Of a stretch of DNA of 20,000 nt, positions 1 through 8,150 are shown piece by piece. The notes beneath the pieces were generated by a model. It was not told where the DNA came from and did not search any database. It worked only from the letters and a program-made list of their open reading frames with translations. Location: IMG/VR virus record IMGVR_UViG_2675903308_000004. The stretch is one strand, 5' to 3'. The DNA comes from an uncultured virus (IMG/VR IMGVR_UViG_2675903308_000004). Its lineage: Duplodnaviria > Heunggongvirae > Uroviricota > Caudoviricetes. Both the position numbers and the translations under genes were made by a program. Numbering within the stretch: position 1 is the stretch's first letter; every line of letters starts with the position of its first letter.

Positions 1-1299
1 CTCAAACTTTAGCTTCTTGATTTGGTACTCCAAATCACCAGTAGAGATTTTGGCTTTGAAAGAATCGAAAGCCTCATATAGCTTTTGTACGTTTTCTTCC
101 CCATATTGAGCAACCAGCCCTTTGTAGTGTTTTTGCTCAGGTGTGAGAGGATGCAAGATTTCTTCTATATCCGTATAGTTATCCTTGACGAAATAGGGTA
201 GAGTGCCTTTTGTTTTGGCTTCATTCATGCGATCTTCGTTATCCTTTACCCATTGCACAAATTCATCTGGAAACTCCGTTATTTGCCCTTTCTTGTTTAT
301 TTCTTCATCTTCTCCAGCCAGGATCTTGTTAAGCATATCCTCTATATCATCTTCACCAGCTAAAATAGGGATCATGTAGCACCGACAATTCGGATGCCAA
401 CCAGTCCATTTAAACGTTTTGGGATATTTGCCAGCAAGCTCATCGCAAATATCATGGCATGGGTGGTTGTTTGACAGCTTGATTTCATAGCCAATTATAA
501 AATCTAATTGCCCCCATCGTTCAAAATCAGCAGTTCTGTAGGCTATATTGGTTTCTGTACGTGCCAAACGTTGGGCATTACGGTATGAAGATCTATATAC
601 ACCACGTCCAGGATGATATTTCTTTGGGTTATCATCTACCCATTTATAACTTTCGGTTTCTTTGTCATATACCCTACGTTTCCATACACGACCATACACA
701 GTATTTCCGTTTTCATCCTCACCGACCTTTATTCTGAATCTTCTGTAAAAGCGATCAGGATCTTGTAGGTAGGTCTGTATTTTGGAAGCTAACTTGTTGG
801 CTCCTGTACCCTCTCCTATAGCCAAATCCAAGCAGTTTTCAAGCTCTTCTTTAAATTGTCCTGTGTACCTCCATACCTTTTGTGATAGGCTTAGCCCTTC
901 TTCTCCAGTTTTCCGAGCAAAGAAAGCGTCCATAGCCTCCATATTGCGCTTAAAGAATCGGGCAAAGTGGTTATCATTGATAGAGTTTTCACCGAACACA
1001 CTTTTTATCAGCTCATCGTTATGTTGGTTGGAAAGCAGCCATTCACTTTGCACGTCATTCCTTATCTCTTGATACAAACGGCTGTACATTTCTCTAAATA
1101 TGGCTGTAGCCTCATCACTATAGCCATATTCGGAGAAAGAGAACGGTTTACCTTCTTCCAACTCCGTACCTTTTACCAGGTTAATAATCTGGAGTAAGTA
1201 GTTTTGATAAATCGCACGTACATTAGCTGCGTACCCTTCTGTACGTTTAAACAGCTCTTTTTGTAGCTGCGTGGAATTGACGAATTTAGTTTTTGCCAT
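1..1299 (-). CDS. Phage minor head morphogenesis protein (MuF / SPP1 gp7-like), 3' end outside the window
   Basis: Not in the ORF track; translated by hand from ATG at 1299: MAKTKFVNSTQLQKELFKRTEGY...RNAQRLARTETNIAY...HPCHDICDELAGKYPK...WHPNCRCYMIP, open to base 1 (433 codons). The RLARTE and HPNCRC motifs and the position just after portal are typical of MuF/gp7. Confidence 0.88.
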   Translation of the reverse strand, partial: MAKTKFVNSTQLQKELFKRTEGYAANVRAIYQNYLLQIINLVKGTELEEGKPFSFSEYGYSDEATAIFREMYSRLYQEIRNDVQSEWLLSNQHNDELIKSVFGENSINDNHFARFFKRNMEAMDAFFARKTGEEGLSLSQKVWRYTGQFKEELENCLDLAIGEGTGANKLASKIQTYLQDPDRFYRRFRIKVGEDENGNTVYGRVWKRRVYDKETESYKWVDDNPKKYHPGRGVYRSSYRNAQRLARTETNIAYRTADFERWGQLDFIIGYEIKLSNNHPCHDICDELAGKYPKTFKWTGWHPNCRCYMIPILAGEDDIEDMLNKILAGEDEEINKKGQITEFPDEFVQWVKDNEDRMNEAKTKGTLPYFVKDNYTDIEEILHPLTPEQKHYKGLVAQYGEENVQKLYEAFDSFKAKISTGDLEYQIKKLKFE

Positions 1300-1474
1300 T
1301 GCGCTTTAACTCAAAGTGTTCACAGTGATCTTTGTTTAAGAATTTAGAGTATTTGAAGAAAGGACACCGACAAAGGAAGAACTCACCTTTATAATCTTTC
1401 TCGTGCCAGTCGTAAGAGTGCTTGCAATCCCTACAATGGTACTTTGTGTCTGATAGTTTTACTTTCTTTGCCAT
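1286..1474 (-). CDS. Small Cys-rich hypothetical protein (putative Zn-binding)
   Basis: 62 aa with CRDC...CRC...C; start overlaps the portal stop (TAATG) and the end overlaps the MuF start. Confidence 0.7.
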   Translation of the reverse strand: MAKKVKLSDTKYHCRDCKHSYDWHEKDYKGEFFLCRCPFFKYSKFLNKDHCEHFELKRNGKN

Positions 1475-2898
1475 TATTCACCTCCACCGAACACATCTAT
1501 TTTGTTTAACTCCTGCTGTTTAGCTATAGCTTCTAAATCTTCCTGCTTCAAACGCTCAATTTCCGTTTTTGCATCTTTGATAAGGTAGCTCATTTCCACA
1601 TAAGTTTGTCGGCTCATCGCTCCATCGTTATACTGCTTTGATATATCAGCAAGAATATCGCTCACATCTTCACCGAATGGCTCTTGAAACTCATGCCCTA
1701 ACTGTAATGCTTCATATTCGGCTTTGTGCTGGTAGTCCAAAACATTACCCAGAATAGCACGTAGCAAATTACCCGTTCTATTCATGTAATTATCGTGGGT
1801 TTCCTTTCGTTTCTCAGCCTTAATCACTGCAAGCAGCATTACTTTTCTGATAGCTTTAGCAGATAGGTTGCCTAAACTCTTCATATTGTCAAAATCTATG
1901 TTAGGAGTGAAAGATTTTGAGAGAATATGCTTATCCAGCCGTTCATATTCATTTGCCTTGCTTTGTGAAGCCTGATCCCATGTAAGATATTCAACCTTGC
2001 CACCCTCCTTTAGAATGAATAGTTTTGCCTCTTCTTCTGCTTTAGGCAAGCTGTTAAGCACTTCTGCGGTTGCTACCATTGCCGGGTTAGCAAATCTATC
2101 ATTTACATCTGCATCTGTTGATTCCATGCTTTCTACACGGTGTATCATGGGCTGTGTTCCTTCATGCTCTAACTCTTGTTCAAAGAGGATAACGGGAATT
2201 TTCCCTATCACATTAGGGATTGCCTTCACTTCCCAACCTACACTAACACGCTTACAGTAGTAAACCGTATCATCTTTGTAAATATCCACATGGTAGATGC
2301 TCCGATTGCCGGATTCATTCAGATAATACCCCCAAGCAAAAGCAGTCATACGCTTATACTGATCTTTGATAAGGTAAATATCATCACCGTTTTGTTTAGA
2401 TAACACATTCAATAATACATCTGGTTTTCCTTCTTTATTTCGGAACACATGAAATAGCATAGCGGAAGTACCCTCAGCACCAGCAACACGTTTAGCCTCT
2501 CTTACATTGGCGTTGAAGCGTAAATGCTCCAGCAGTTTTATATATTGCTCAAAAGCATAATCAGTACCTTTGCTTCTTTGCGTCCATTTTACGGGTCTGC
2601 CATATAAGAAAACAAGCGCAATTTCATTGATGAAAGACTGATAGGGGATAGGAATTTTCCAACGCTTTTGCCATCTAAGAAAATTCCCTTTCTTATCATA
2701 AACGGCTTTATCCTGCCTTTTCATAACCTCATGGTTTTCTACCTTGTACTCCAGCAAGGCTTTTTCAGCAAAGCCGGAACGATCTTGCATATAGTTCAAG
2801 GCTCTTGAAATATCCTTAGCCTCCAACAAAGACGTAAAATTTTGCTGATAGCCTACAGCAGCTTTTACCTCATTCTTGATAACATTAAAAAATCCCAT
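1474..2898 (-). CDS. Phage portal protein (SPP1 gp6-like)
   Basis: 474 aa between terL and MuF; GKIPV motif and 'LGNLSAKAIR' segment resemble SPP1-type portals. Confidence 0.85.
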   Translation of the reverse strand: MGFFNVIKNEVKAAVGYQQNFTSLLEAKDISRALNYMQDRSGFAEKALLEYKVENHEVMKRQDKAVYDKKGNFLRWQKRWKIPIPYQSFINEIALVFLYGRPVKWTQRSKGTDYAFEQYIKLLEHLRFNANVREAKRVAGAEGTSAMLFHVFRNKEGKPDVLLNVLSKQNGDDIYLIKDQYKRMTAFAWGYYLNESGNRSIYHVDIYKDDTVYYCKRVSVGWEVKAIPNVIGKIPVILFEQELEHEGTQPMIHRVESMESTDADVNDRFANPAMVATAEVLNSLPKAEEEAKLFILKEGGKVEYLTWDQASQSKANEYERLDKHILSKSFTPNIDFDNMKSLGNLSAKAIRKVMLLAVIKAEKRKETHDNYMNRTGNLLRAILGNVLDYQHKAEYEALQLGHEFQEPFGEDVSDILADISKQYNDGAMSRQTYVEMSYLIKDAKTEIERLKQEDLEAIAKQQELNKIDVFGGGE

Positions 2899-2909
2899 AA
2901 TTCAAATTT

Positions 2910-4337
2910 TTAAATAACTCCTAATCTTGCTTCTATATCATCTGGTATATCATACTCGTTATAGTCAAACCAACAGCGCATTAAAAACACATCTCGCCAG
3001 TCTGGAGAACATCTAATTTCCTGCTTGATTTCCTCTTTCGGTTTTAGCTTTAATTTGCCTTCTCCGTCCACATCCCATGTTTGCAACTGCTCCAGTTCAA
3101 GGATAATTTGCTCTTTGTCTGCCGAGCTTAACAGTTCCTCATTGATCCCAATCTCTGAGGCGTTTATGTGTTCTGCCAGCTTGTAACCGCATTGTGTTTG
3201 CAAGTTTTGGTAGTTCTCATCCTTTAAAGCACGACTGTTATTTACAAAGCCTTGTATGTCGCAATTATCCACCACGCCACCGCCTACACCGTCCTCATCA
3301 GCGATACACCGCCATTTAGGTATTCTGTATTTTTTCTGGAAGTGTTGAATACATTTCTGTATGTCCGTAGTTTTACTTAGTGGAAAGCATTTTAAGTCTA
3401 TGATCGTATAACCATCCCAAACGCAAATCCGGGCGTAATCGGATCCAAATCGGGCTATATCTGCTGTTATATAGTTCTTCCCAGTGGTTATTGATAGCAG
3501 ATTATTAAAAATGGCTGTAATCGCATCGTGAGAACAAAGCGCATTGGGGTTGTCGTCATACTCCCAATTACCTTTTAGCAAACGCTCTCTTTTAACCTTA
3601 TCTTTGGTTGTTCTCAAACCTTCTATGTAGTCTGGATCTATGAAGGGGTTTTCTTGTACCAAACAACCCAGATAGTACATATACTCAGGCAATATACCTT
3701 TCTTGAATGGAGTGTAAAAGGTATCATACATCCAGTTCTTTTTAGGGTTACACGTGATAAACAACTTTCGTTTTAACCCTAACTCATTATTCAAGTGGCG
3801 ACCTACACGAGTTTTAAGAGTGTCATAAGCACCGAAGTTTACTTCTCCACCTTCTTCTATCCAACCGCCAGTATATTCTATAGATCCGTATCTTTCATAA
3901 AAAGGATCTCCAGGCTTATACATCAAATCCAGCAAATCTATACGGGATCCGTTGTAAAACTCTATATAGTTATACTGCCCATTATATTTGTACAAAGTAT
4001 CTTCTACTCCGTATTGGTTACAAACCTTATAGAACGTTATTAAGGTAGATTGGGTAATACGCTTTAACTCAGCTCGACCAATAAACCATTTGGAACCTGG
4101 ATAACAAAGGCACATAAAAAGAAGCCAGGCAGCACCAGTCCACGACTTAGCACCACCAGCACCACCACCATACAAAAACTCTGCGTGCTCATTGTCTGTA
4201 AGGATCTGCAAAGCCTTTTCCTGCTTTTCGTGCTTCTTTCCATCCTTAACAGTAATGAAGTCAAAACAGCCACGTTTAAACAGCTCTATTTTGACTGCAA
4301 GAGCCATTGGTATTTGTATGTTTTTATTTTTTGCCAT
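2910..4337 (-). CDS. terL: Terminase large subunit
   Basis: Walker A YGGGAGGAKS, Walker B-like WIEEGGE, motif III TCNP, ENPF..., LKGNW, C-terminal nuclease motifs ADIARFGSD and SPDWRD. Confidence 0.93.
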   Translation of the reverse strand: MAKNKNIQIPMALAVKIELFKRGCFDFITVKDGKKHEKQEKALQILTDNEHAEFLYGGGAGGAKSWTGAAWLLFMCLCYPGSKWFIGRAELKRITQSTLITFYKVCNQYGVEDTLYKYNGQYNYIEFYNGSRIDLLDLMYKPGDPFYERYGSIEYTGGWIEEGGEVNFGAYDTLKTRVGRHLNNELGLKRKLFITCNPKKNWMYDTFYTPFKKGILPEYMYYLGCLVQENPFIDPDYIEGLRTTKDKVKRERLLKGNWEYDDNPNALCSHDAITAIFNNLLSITTGKNYITADIARFGSDYARICVWDGYTIIDLKCFPLSKTTDIQKCIQHFQKKYRIPKWRCIADEDGVGGGVVDNCDIQGFVNNSRALKDENYQNLQTQCGYKLAEHINASEIGINEELLSSADKEQIILELEQLQTWDVDGEGKLKLKPKEEIKQEIRCSPDWRDVFLMRCWFDYNEYDIPDDIEARLGVI

Positions 4338-4791
4338 TCATCTTTTCTAATAGTCCATGATAAACCAAAAGATCTTCGGTTGAAAGTTTGGATAGATCCG
4401 GCTCCAGTCCACCAGACACATTAGCGTTTATATCCCCTTCTATCGGTTGGGCTGCTTTGCCAAAAATTCTATCGAATATCATTTCAACCGTTGAAGTCCG
4501 ACCAAAGCGAATATCTGTGAAGATTGCACTGATAATATTGCACACCCAAATAGGAGTAGTGCTATCTTCTCTGTTTGCGTCAGCCATGATTTTATTTAGC
4601 TCTCCTTTGGAGCGTTCAAGAAGAAACCGAATTGTTTTATAATAGTCCTCTTTGCTCAGCTCATAATCTACTTTTTTACCTGTAAGCTCTTTGAGCTGTT
4701 TATACATTGAGGGCTTCCGACCATTTTTCTTTGGCTGGTTTTCGCTTGTGAATCTATTCCCTATGTTATTGCCTTTCTCAAAGAGTGCCAT
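4324..4791 (-). CDS. terS: Putative terminase small subunit
   Basis: 155 aa directly upstream of and overlapping terL; N-terminal F.KGN..GNRF...GRKP and C-terminal DRIFGK...DLSKLSTEDL patterns are typical of small subunits. Confidence 0.72.
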   Translation of the reverse strand: MALFEKGNNIGNRFTSENQPKKNGRKPSMYKQLKELTGKKVDYELSKEDYYKTIRFLLERSKGELNKIMADANREDSTTPIWVCNIISAIFTDIRFGRTSTVEMIFDRIFGKAAQPIEGDINANVSGGLEPDLSKLSTEDLLVYHGLLEKMNGKK

Positions 4792-4812
4792 TCCGTTGTT
4801 TATTCGTTGTTT

Positions 4813-4832
4813 TTGGTGTACATATACACCAA
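4813..4832. promoter_or_regulatory. Palindromic putative protein-binding site, copy 1 (TTGGTGTA-CATA-TACACCAA)
   Basis: 8-bp perfect arms, intergenic, about 20 bp upstream of the terS ATG; 4815-4837 matches 7282-7304 at 21 of 23 positions. Confidence 0.7.
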
Positions 4833-4838
4833 TTAAGG

Positions 4839-4872
4839 AAAGAAAAAATCAGATAGGAACTCCCACCTGATT
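4839..4872 (-). terminator. Rho-independent terminator after the acidic 79-aa gene
   Basis: Minus strand reads AATCAGGTGGGA-GT-TCCTATCTGATT (hairpin with two G:U pairs) followed by TTTTCTTT. Confidence 0.72.
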
Positions 4873-4894
4873 AATTCTTTACCTGGTTAATTTA

Positions 4895-5134
4895 TCATTG
4901 TTCCTTTTGTTCCTGCTCTTGGTACTTTGCCCAAAACCAGGCTATCATATCACCGTTGTAGTTGTCTATGTAATCATCTACAGCGTCCAACTCATCCGAT
5001 AATGCTTCGGCTTTGTCTATTACGTCATTGAAGGCTTCTTGTTCTTCTTCCGTAGCCATAAACGGATCGTACTTTTCATTTAGCTGCTTTTGAATAAGCT
5101 GCTTTTGCAAATCGGTTAATTCTATTTTATCCAT
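4895..5134 (-). CDS. Small acidic protein, candidate immunity protein/inhibitor of the upstream metallopeptidase
   Basis: 79 aa, 22 D/E versus 7 K; directly downstream of the peptidase; has its own -7 box and terminator. The function is inferred. Confidence 0.65.
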   Translation of the reverse strand: MDKIELTDLQKQLIQKQLNEKYDPFMATEEEQEAFNDVIDKAEALSDELDAVDDYIDNYNGDMIAWFWAKYQEQEQKEQ

Positions 5135-5160
5135 AGCTCAATATTTTATTGCATTTTCCG

Positions 5161-5168
5161 CAAATATA
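5161..5168 (-). promoter_or_regulatory. Bacteroidota sigma-A -7 box (TATATTTG) for the acidic gene
   Basis: Matches TAnnTTTG in the 36-bp gap between the peptidase stop and the ATG at 5134; no clear -33 TTTG seen. Confidence 0.55.
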
Positions 5169-5170
5169 CG

Positions 5171-5782
5171 TTATAATTTATACTTCTTGATTATATCTTT
5201 AGCTGCTTTTGTGTACTTATCTGCCTTACCATGAACGGCTTTTGTACATACTTCTGCCCAGAACTCGTTTACATTGGTTTTGGCATATTTACCATAACCT
5301 TGTTTCGACTTATCATTACCCCATTTCTTATAAAGGCTGTTTATGCTTTTACTTGCTGCCTTTGCATTGGGGCTTGTTAAATGGTTGTTCCAAGTTGCGT
5401 GCGCCAGCTCGTGAGTTACAATATGTGCTACTGGCTTGTTGGTTTTCGTCAAGTGTCCGCTTTTGTAGCCTTTTTCAGCCCATTTAGCAACGCTTTGGGT
5501 TGTGGTGTTTTTCCCATTGAAAACGGATTTATTCAAAACGACTTGTTTAGATACTCCATTTTGGGAAATATGCACTCCACCCGTACCAGCCTCCAGTTGT
5601 CCGATCTTAATATCTTTCTGTCTTACTCCCAAAACAGAGTGAAAACGTGAGATACTTTCTTTTACAGTCTTGTACACCTTCGGGTTCTTAATTGAAGCCA
5701 AAGGTTCCAGTTTGCCTACCTTACCTTTGTAGTTTGAATCGCCATTCGGCAAACCTCCATTACTTCCGCTTGTTTTTGCCAT
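5171..5782 (-). CDS. Zincin (HEXXH) metallopeptidase-domain protein, very basic; putative toxin/effector
   Basis: 203 aa; VTHELAH at about aa 122-128 and YAKTNVNEFWAE with a distal Glu ligand; 34 K + 2 R versus 12 D/E; Gly/Ser-rich N-terminus MAKTSGSNGG; no signal peptide seen. Confidence 0.8.
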   Translation of the reverse strand: MAKTSGSNGGLPNGDSNYKGKVGKLEPLASIKNPKVYKTVKESISRFHSVLGVRQKDIKIGQLEAGTGGVHISQNGVSKQVVLNKSVFNGKNTTTQSVAKWAEKGYKSGHLTKTNKPVAHIVTHELAHATWNNHLTSPNAKAASKSINSLYKKWGNDKSKQGYGKYAKTNVNEFWAEVCTKAVHGKADKYTKAAKDIIKKYKL

Positions 5783-6878
5783 CTTTTTTTGAACTTTTAT
5801 CGTTAATAAAGTCCTGGACGTAAACCAGGCTGTTATCTATGCAAAACTTTCTGATCTCATCACCACCGCCATACACAAGCAAGTTAGGAGTTTGCAAGCC
5901 GGATATTTCTTTGGCTACTTCAAGCTCTCCTTTCAGATATTCCAACCGACCAGCATAGCCACGAGTGAAAAAAGCGTTATACCCTTTTGGTAAGCCCAGT
6001 TTATTATACTCTTTGAACTTCACAGAAACATTCAGATCTGCGTACACCTTGATACCGCACTCTTGAAAGTATCGGCTTATCCAACGTTTCTTGTAAATCT
6101 GTTGTAAACCGTAAGCTATCGGGGTTGTATCGTAAACGGAAAGGTTCGGCTCTACCAACGCTTTTACACCACTGATTAGCACCTTGATCGGATCTTTCCA
6201 AATAGCTTCAAAGCGATAATCATCTACATAGAAGTGGTAAGTAGCAACATCTTTCCTTAATCGGCTATCAGCTCCCCAGGGGGCAAAAGGCAAAAGAAGT
6301 TTTCCGGCTTGTTCTTCCAGCAACAAATTAGGAATGTCAAACTCATTATTGCTCTCATACAAACAATCGTTAAGCATGGATCTGTAAAAATCCTCTTTTT
6401 CATCCGCTATCGGATCATCTTCTGATCCTTCCTCTTTCTCGTTGTCCTCTTGCTCTTCATCGGCTGCTTCCTCATCTTCCGGCTGTTTATCCTCTACTGG
6501 AATATCTAAACCGATAAAAGAGAAATCAGCCTTGTTGCTCCAATCTCCAAGCTGTAGCTTTTCAAAATCCCATTCACCGTTGTTGATGTTATCCCTTAGA
6601 ACTATATCCGCTTCCTGCTCTTCGGTCAGGTTGTGGTACAAGATTGTCGGCACTTCCGATATTTTCAGCTTCTTTGCAGCCTTTATCCGTTGGTGTCCTG
6701 CCAGTACATATAACTTTCCTTCACGCTCAGATAAGGCAATAGGGCGGTGCTTCCAGAAACCATTTATGCGAATGGAATCTACCAAACGCTCTAAATCTCT
6801 CTTGCTTATCTTTCGTGGGTTGTCATCCAACAGAGTTAGATCCGAGATTTTACGGTAAACAATCTCTATCCCTTCCAT
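5760..6878 (-). CDS. ParB-like N-terminal domain fused to a DUF4417-like domain
   Basis: Likely start MEGIEIV at 6878. N-terminal DNPRKI...AGHQRIKAAK...DN (ParB/Srx fold), acidic linker, then HFYVDDYRFEAIW...EPNLSVY...IYKKRWI...LLVYGG, recognised as DUF4417-like. Confidence 0.8.
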   Translation of the reverse strand: MEGIEIVYRKISDLTLLDDNPRKISKRDLERLVDSIRINGFWKHRPIALSEREGKLYVLAGHQRIKAAKKLKISEVPTILYHNLTEEQEADIVLRDNINNGEWDFEKLQLGDWSNKADFSFIGLDIPVEDKQPEDEEAADEEQEDNEKEEGSEDDPIADEKEDFYRSMLNDCLYESNNEFDIPNLLLEEQAGKLLLPFAPWGADSRLRKDVATYHFYVDDYRFEAIWKDPIKVLISGVKALVEPNLSVYDTTPIAYGLQQIYKKRWISRYFQECGIKVYADLNVSVKFKEYNKLGLPKGYNAFFTRGYAGRLEYLKGELEVAKEISGLQTPNLLVYGGGDEIRKFCIDNSLVYVQDFINDKSSKKDGKNKRK

Positions 6879-6879
6879 G

Positions 6880-7242
6880 TTAAACCTCCTTTTCAAATTC
6901 AGGAATACGGGCAATCTTTCTGAAAGCCTCCACAAAGCGCATCAACAGATAAAGTTTCCGCTTCCCTAAAAACATAACCTTATGCCCGTCCGTCATTCTG
7001 CCTACAGCGTAAAATTTTCCTCTATAATGCAATGGCAACGGGAATTTATCATACACATAGATACAACCGTTCTCTATACTCGTGATCGTTGCCACCCTAT
7101 TAAACTTACCATCCAGATATACGGTAATAGATTTACCTGGTGTAATCGGATCATACGGTAGGAAAAGATTTGCAAAGTGCATAGCGGTAATGAATACCGC
7201 TAAAGCACCTGCTACTATAAAGATAGTTGTCGTAATAGTCAT
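6880..7242 (-). CDS. Hypothetical protein with an N-terminal hydrophobic (TM or signal) segment
   Basis: Likely ATG at 7242 (MTITTTIFIVAGALAVFITAMHF), downstream of the -7 box; the TTG start at 7299 in the track overlaps the regulatory site. Confidence 0.65.
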   Translation of the reverse strand: MTITTTIFIVAGALAVFITAMHFANLFLPYDPITPGKSITVYLDGKFNRVATITSIENGCIYVYDKFPLPLHYRGKFYAVGRMTDGHKVMFLGKRKLYLLMRFVEAFRKIARIPEFEKEV

Positions 7243-7265
7243 AATATCAATGTTATCAATTAATG

Positions 7266-7273
7266 CAAAGATA
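7266..7273 (-). promoter_or_regulatory. Bacteroidota -7 box (TATCTTTG), probable promoter of the cassette/late genes
   Basis: TAnnTTTG match about 24 bp upstream of the ATG at 7242, in the intergenic gap after the RuvC-like gene. Confidence 0.6.
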
Positions 7274-7281
7274 TAAATTTC

Positions 7282-7297
7282 GGTGTATATATACACC
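7282..7297. promoter_or_regulatory. Perfect 16-bp palindrome GGTGTATATATACACC, copy 2
   Basis: Perfect inverted repeat lying 8 bp upstream of the -7 box; near-identical to 4815-4830. Confidence 0.72.
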
Positions 7298-7316
7298 AAT
7301 AAAGAGCAAAAAACAT

Positions 7317-7757
7317 CTAAAAGCCAAATACTAACATGGCAGCATCCCTACTATGCTCGTTGGTTTGCTTTTTCCATCCCGTAAGCTGCTTGAAATATTC
7401 CTGGCTCATCTTTGTTATATTCCGTTTAGGAGCAACCATTTCAAACTCAACACCAAGTTCGGTAAGGTAATCTTCCCAAATTGTAGCATCACGTTTTACG
7501 GATCCTACACCTTGTAGCCTCTTCCGTTCCTCTTCACGTGTCATTCTCTCTGTACCAAACCAGGTGCGTTGTCGTGGATCCTCCACTCTTACTATGATTT
7601 TATCGCCTACACCCGTCTTTTGCATATCCGCATAAGACTGAACAACTGCCATAGCCCTATGAATAGGCATTTGTTTTACCATTTCCAAAGAACGCTTTCG
7701 GTTATCCCAGATAGCAATCCCGGTATGTACACCTGTATCAATCCCTATATAGATCAT
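7317..7757 (-). CDS. RuvC-like Holliday junction resolvase
   Basis: MIYIGIDTGVHTGIA N-terminus, VRVED, and C-terminal EHSRDAA give an RNase H/RuvC-fold acidic set. Confidence 0.75.
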   Translation of the reverse strand: MIYIGIDTGVHTGIAIWDNRKRSLEMVKQMPIHRAMAVVQSYADMQKTGVGDKIIVRVEDPRQRTWFGTERMTREEERKRLQGVGSVKRDATIWEDYLTELGVEFEMVAPKRNITKMSQEYFKQLTGWKKQTNEHSRDAAMLVFGF

Positions 7758-8146
7758 GCTTCCCTTTCCTCAAATTCAACATCTTCCGTATCGCCAAAAG
7801 AGCCAGGAATCTGATAAAGCACTACGGTATTATTGCTAATCTGCTGCTCCCTTGAAGGCATTAGCATTGTCATAAGATAATTATTCGGAGCGTATTTATA
7901 GCGAATCTCCTTAATCATTGGCAAACCTATAGGGTGTTGGCTGTGAATAGCAACGCTCAGAAGATTATCAGTCATTTCAACTTTGACAATAGCGCAACCG
8001 TGAAGGAATGTACCAAACCTATATTCCCCGAACTCATCTTTTGTAAACGGATCGCTTTTTGCAGTTGATTCAAGTTCTTTTATAAACTCCGGGTTAAGTT
8101 TCTTCTTTTTCCAATACTGAGGAAGTTGAATATTAATCTTTTCCAT
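7754..8146 (-). CDS. Hypothetical phage protein
   Basis: Likely start MEKINIQ at 8146, just after the exonuclease stop; ATGA overlap with the RuvC-like gene. Confidence 0.65.
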   Translation of the reverse strand: MEKINIQLPQYWKKKKLNPEFIKELESTAKSDPFTKDEFGEYRFGTFLHGCAIVKVEMTDNLLSVAIHSQHPIGLPMIKEIRYKYAPNNYLMTMLMPSREQQISNNTVVLYQIPGSFGDTEDVEFEEREA

Positions 8147-8150
8147 AACA

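Noticed and set aside
594..603. Partial palindrome matches (TATATACACC here; TATGTACACC near 7724-7733)
   Set aside because: Only one arm, inside coding sequence, and explainable by codons or chance.
5765..5782. 'MAK' start as a specific delivery tag shared with MuF (MAKT)
   Set aside because: terL and the 62-aa gene also start MAK, consistent with general A-rich start-codon context, so it is not evidence by itself.
6884..6890. Strong Shine-Dalgarno-like AGGAGGT before ParB-DUF4417
   Set aside because: It is part of the upstream gene's K-E-V codons, and Bacteroidota rarely use SD sequences, so function cannot be supported.
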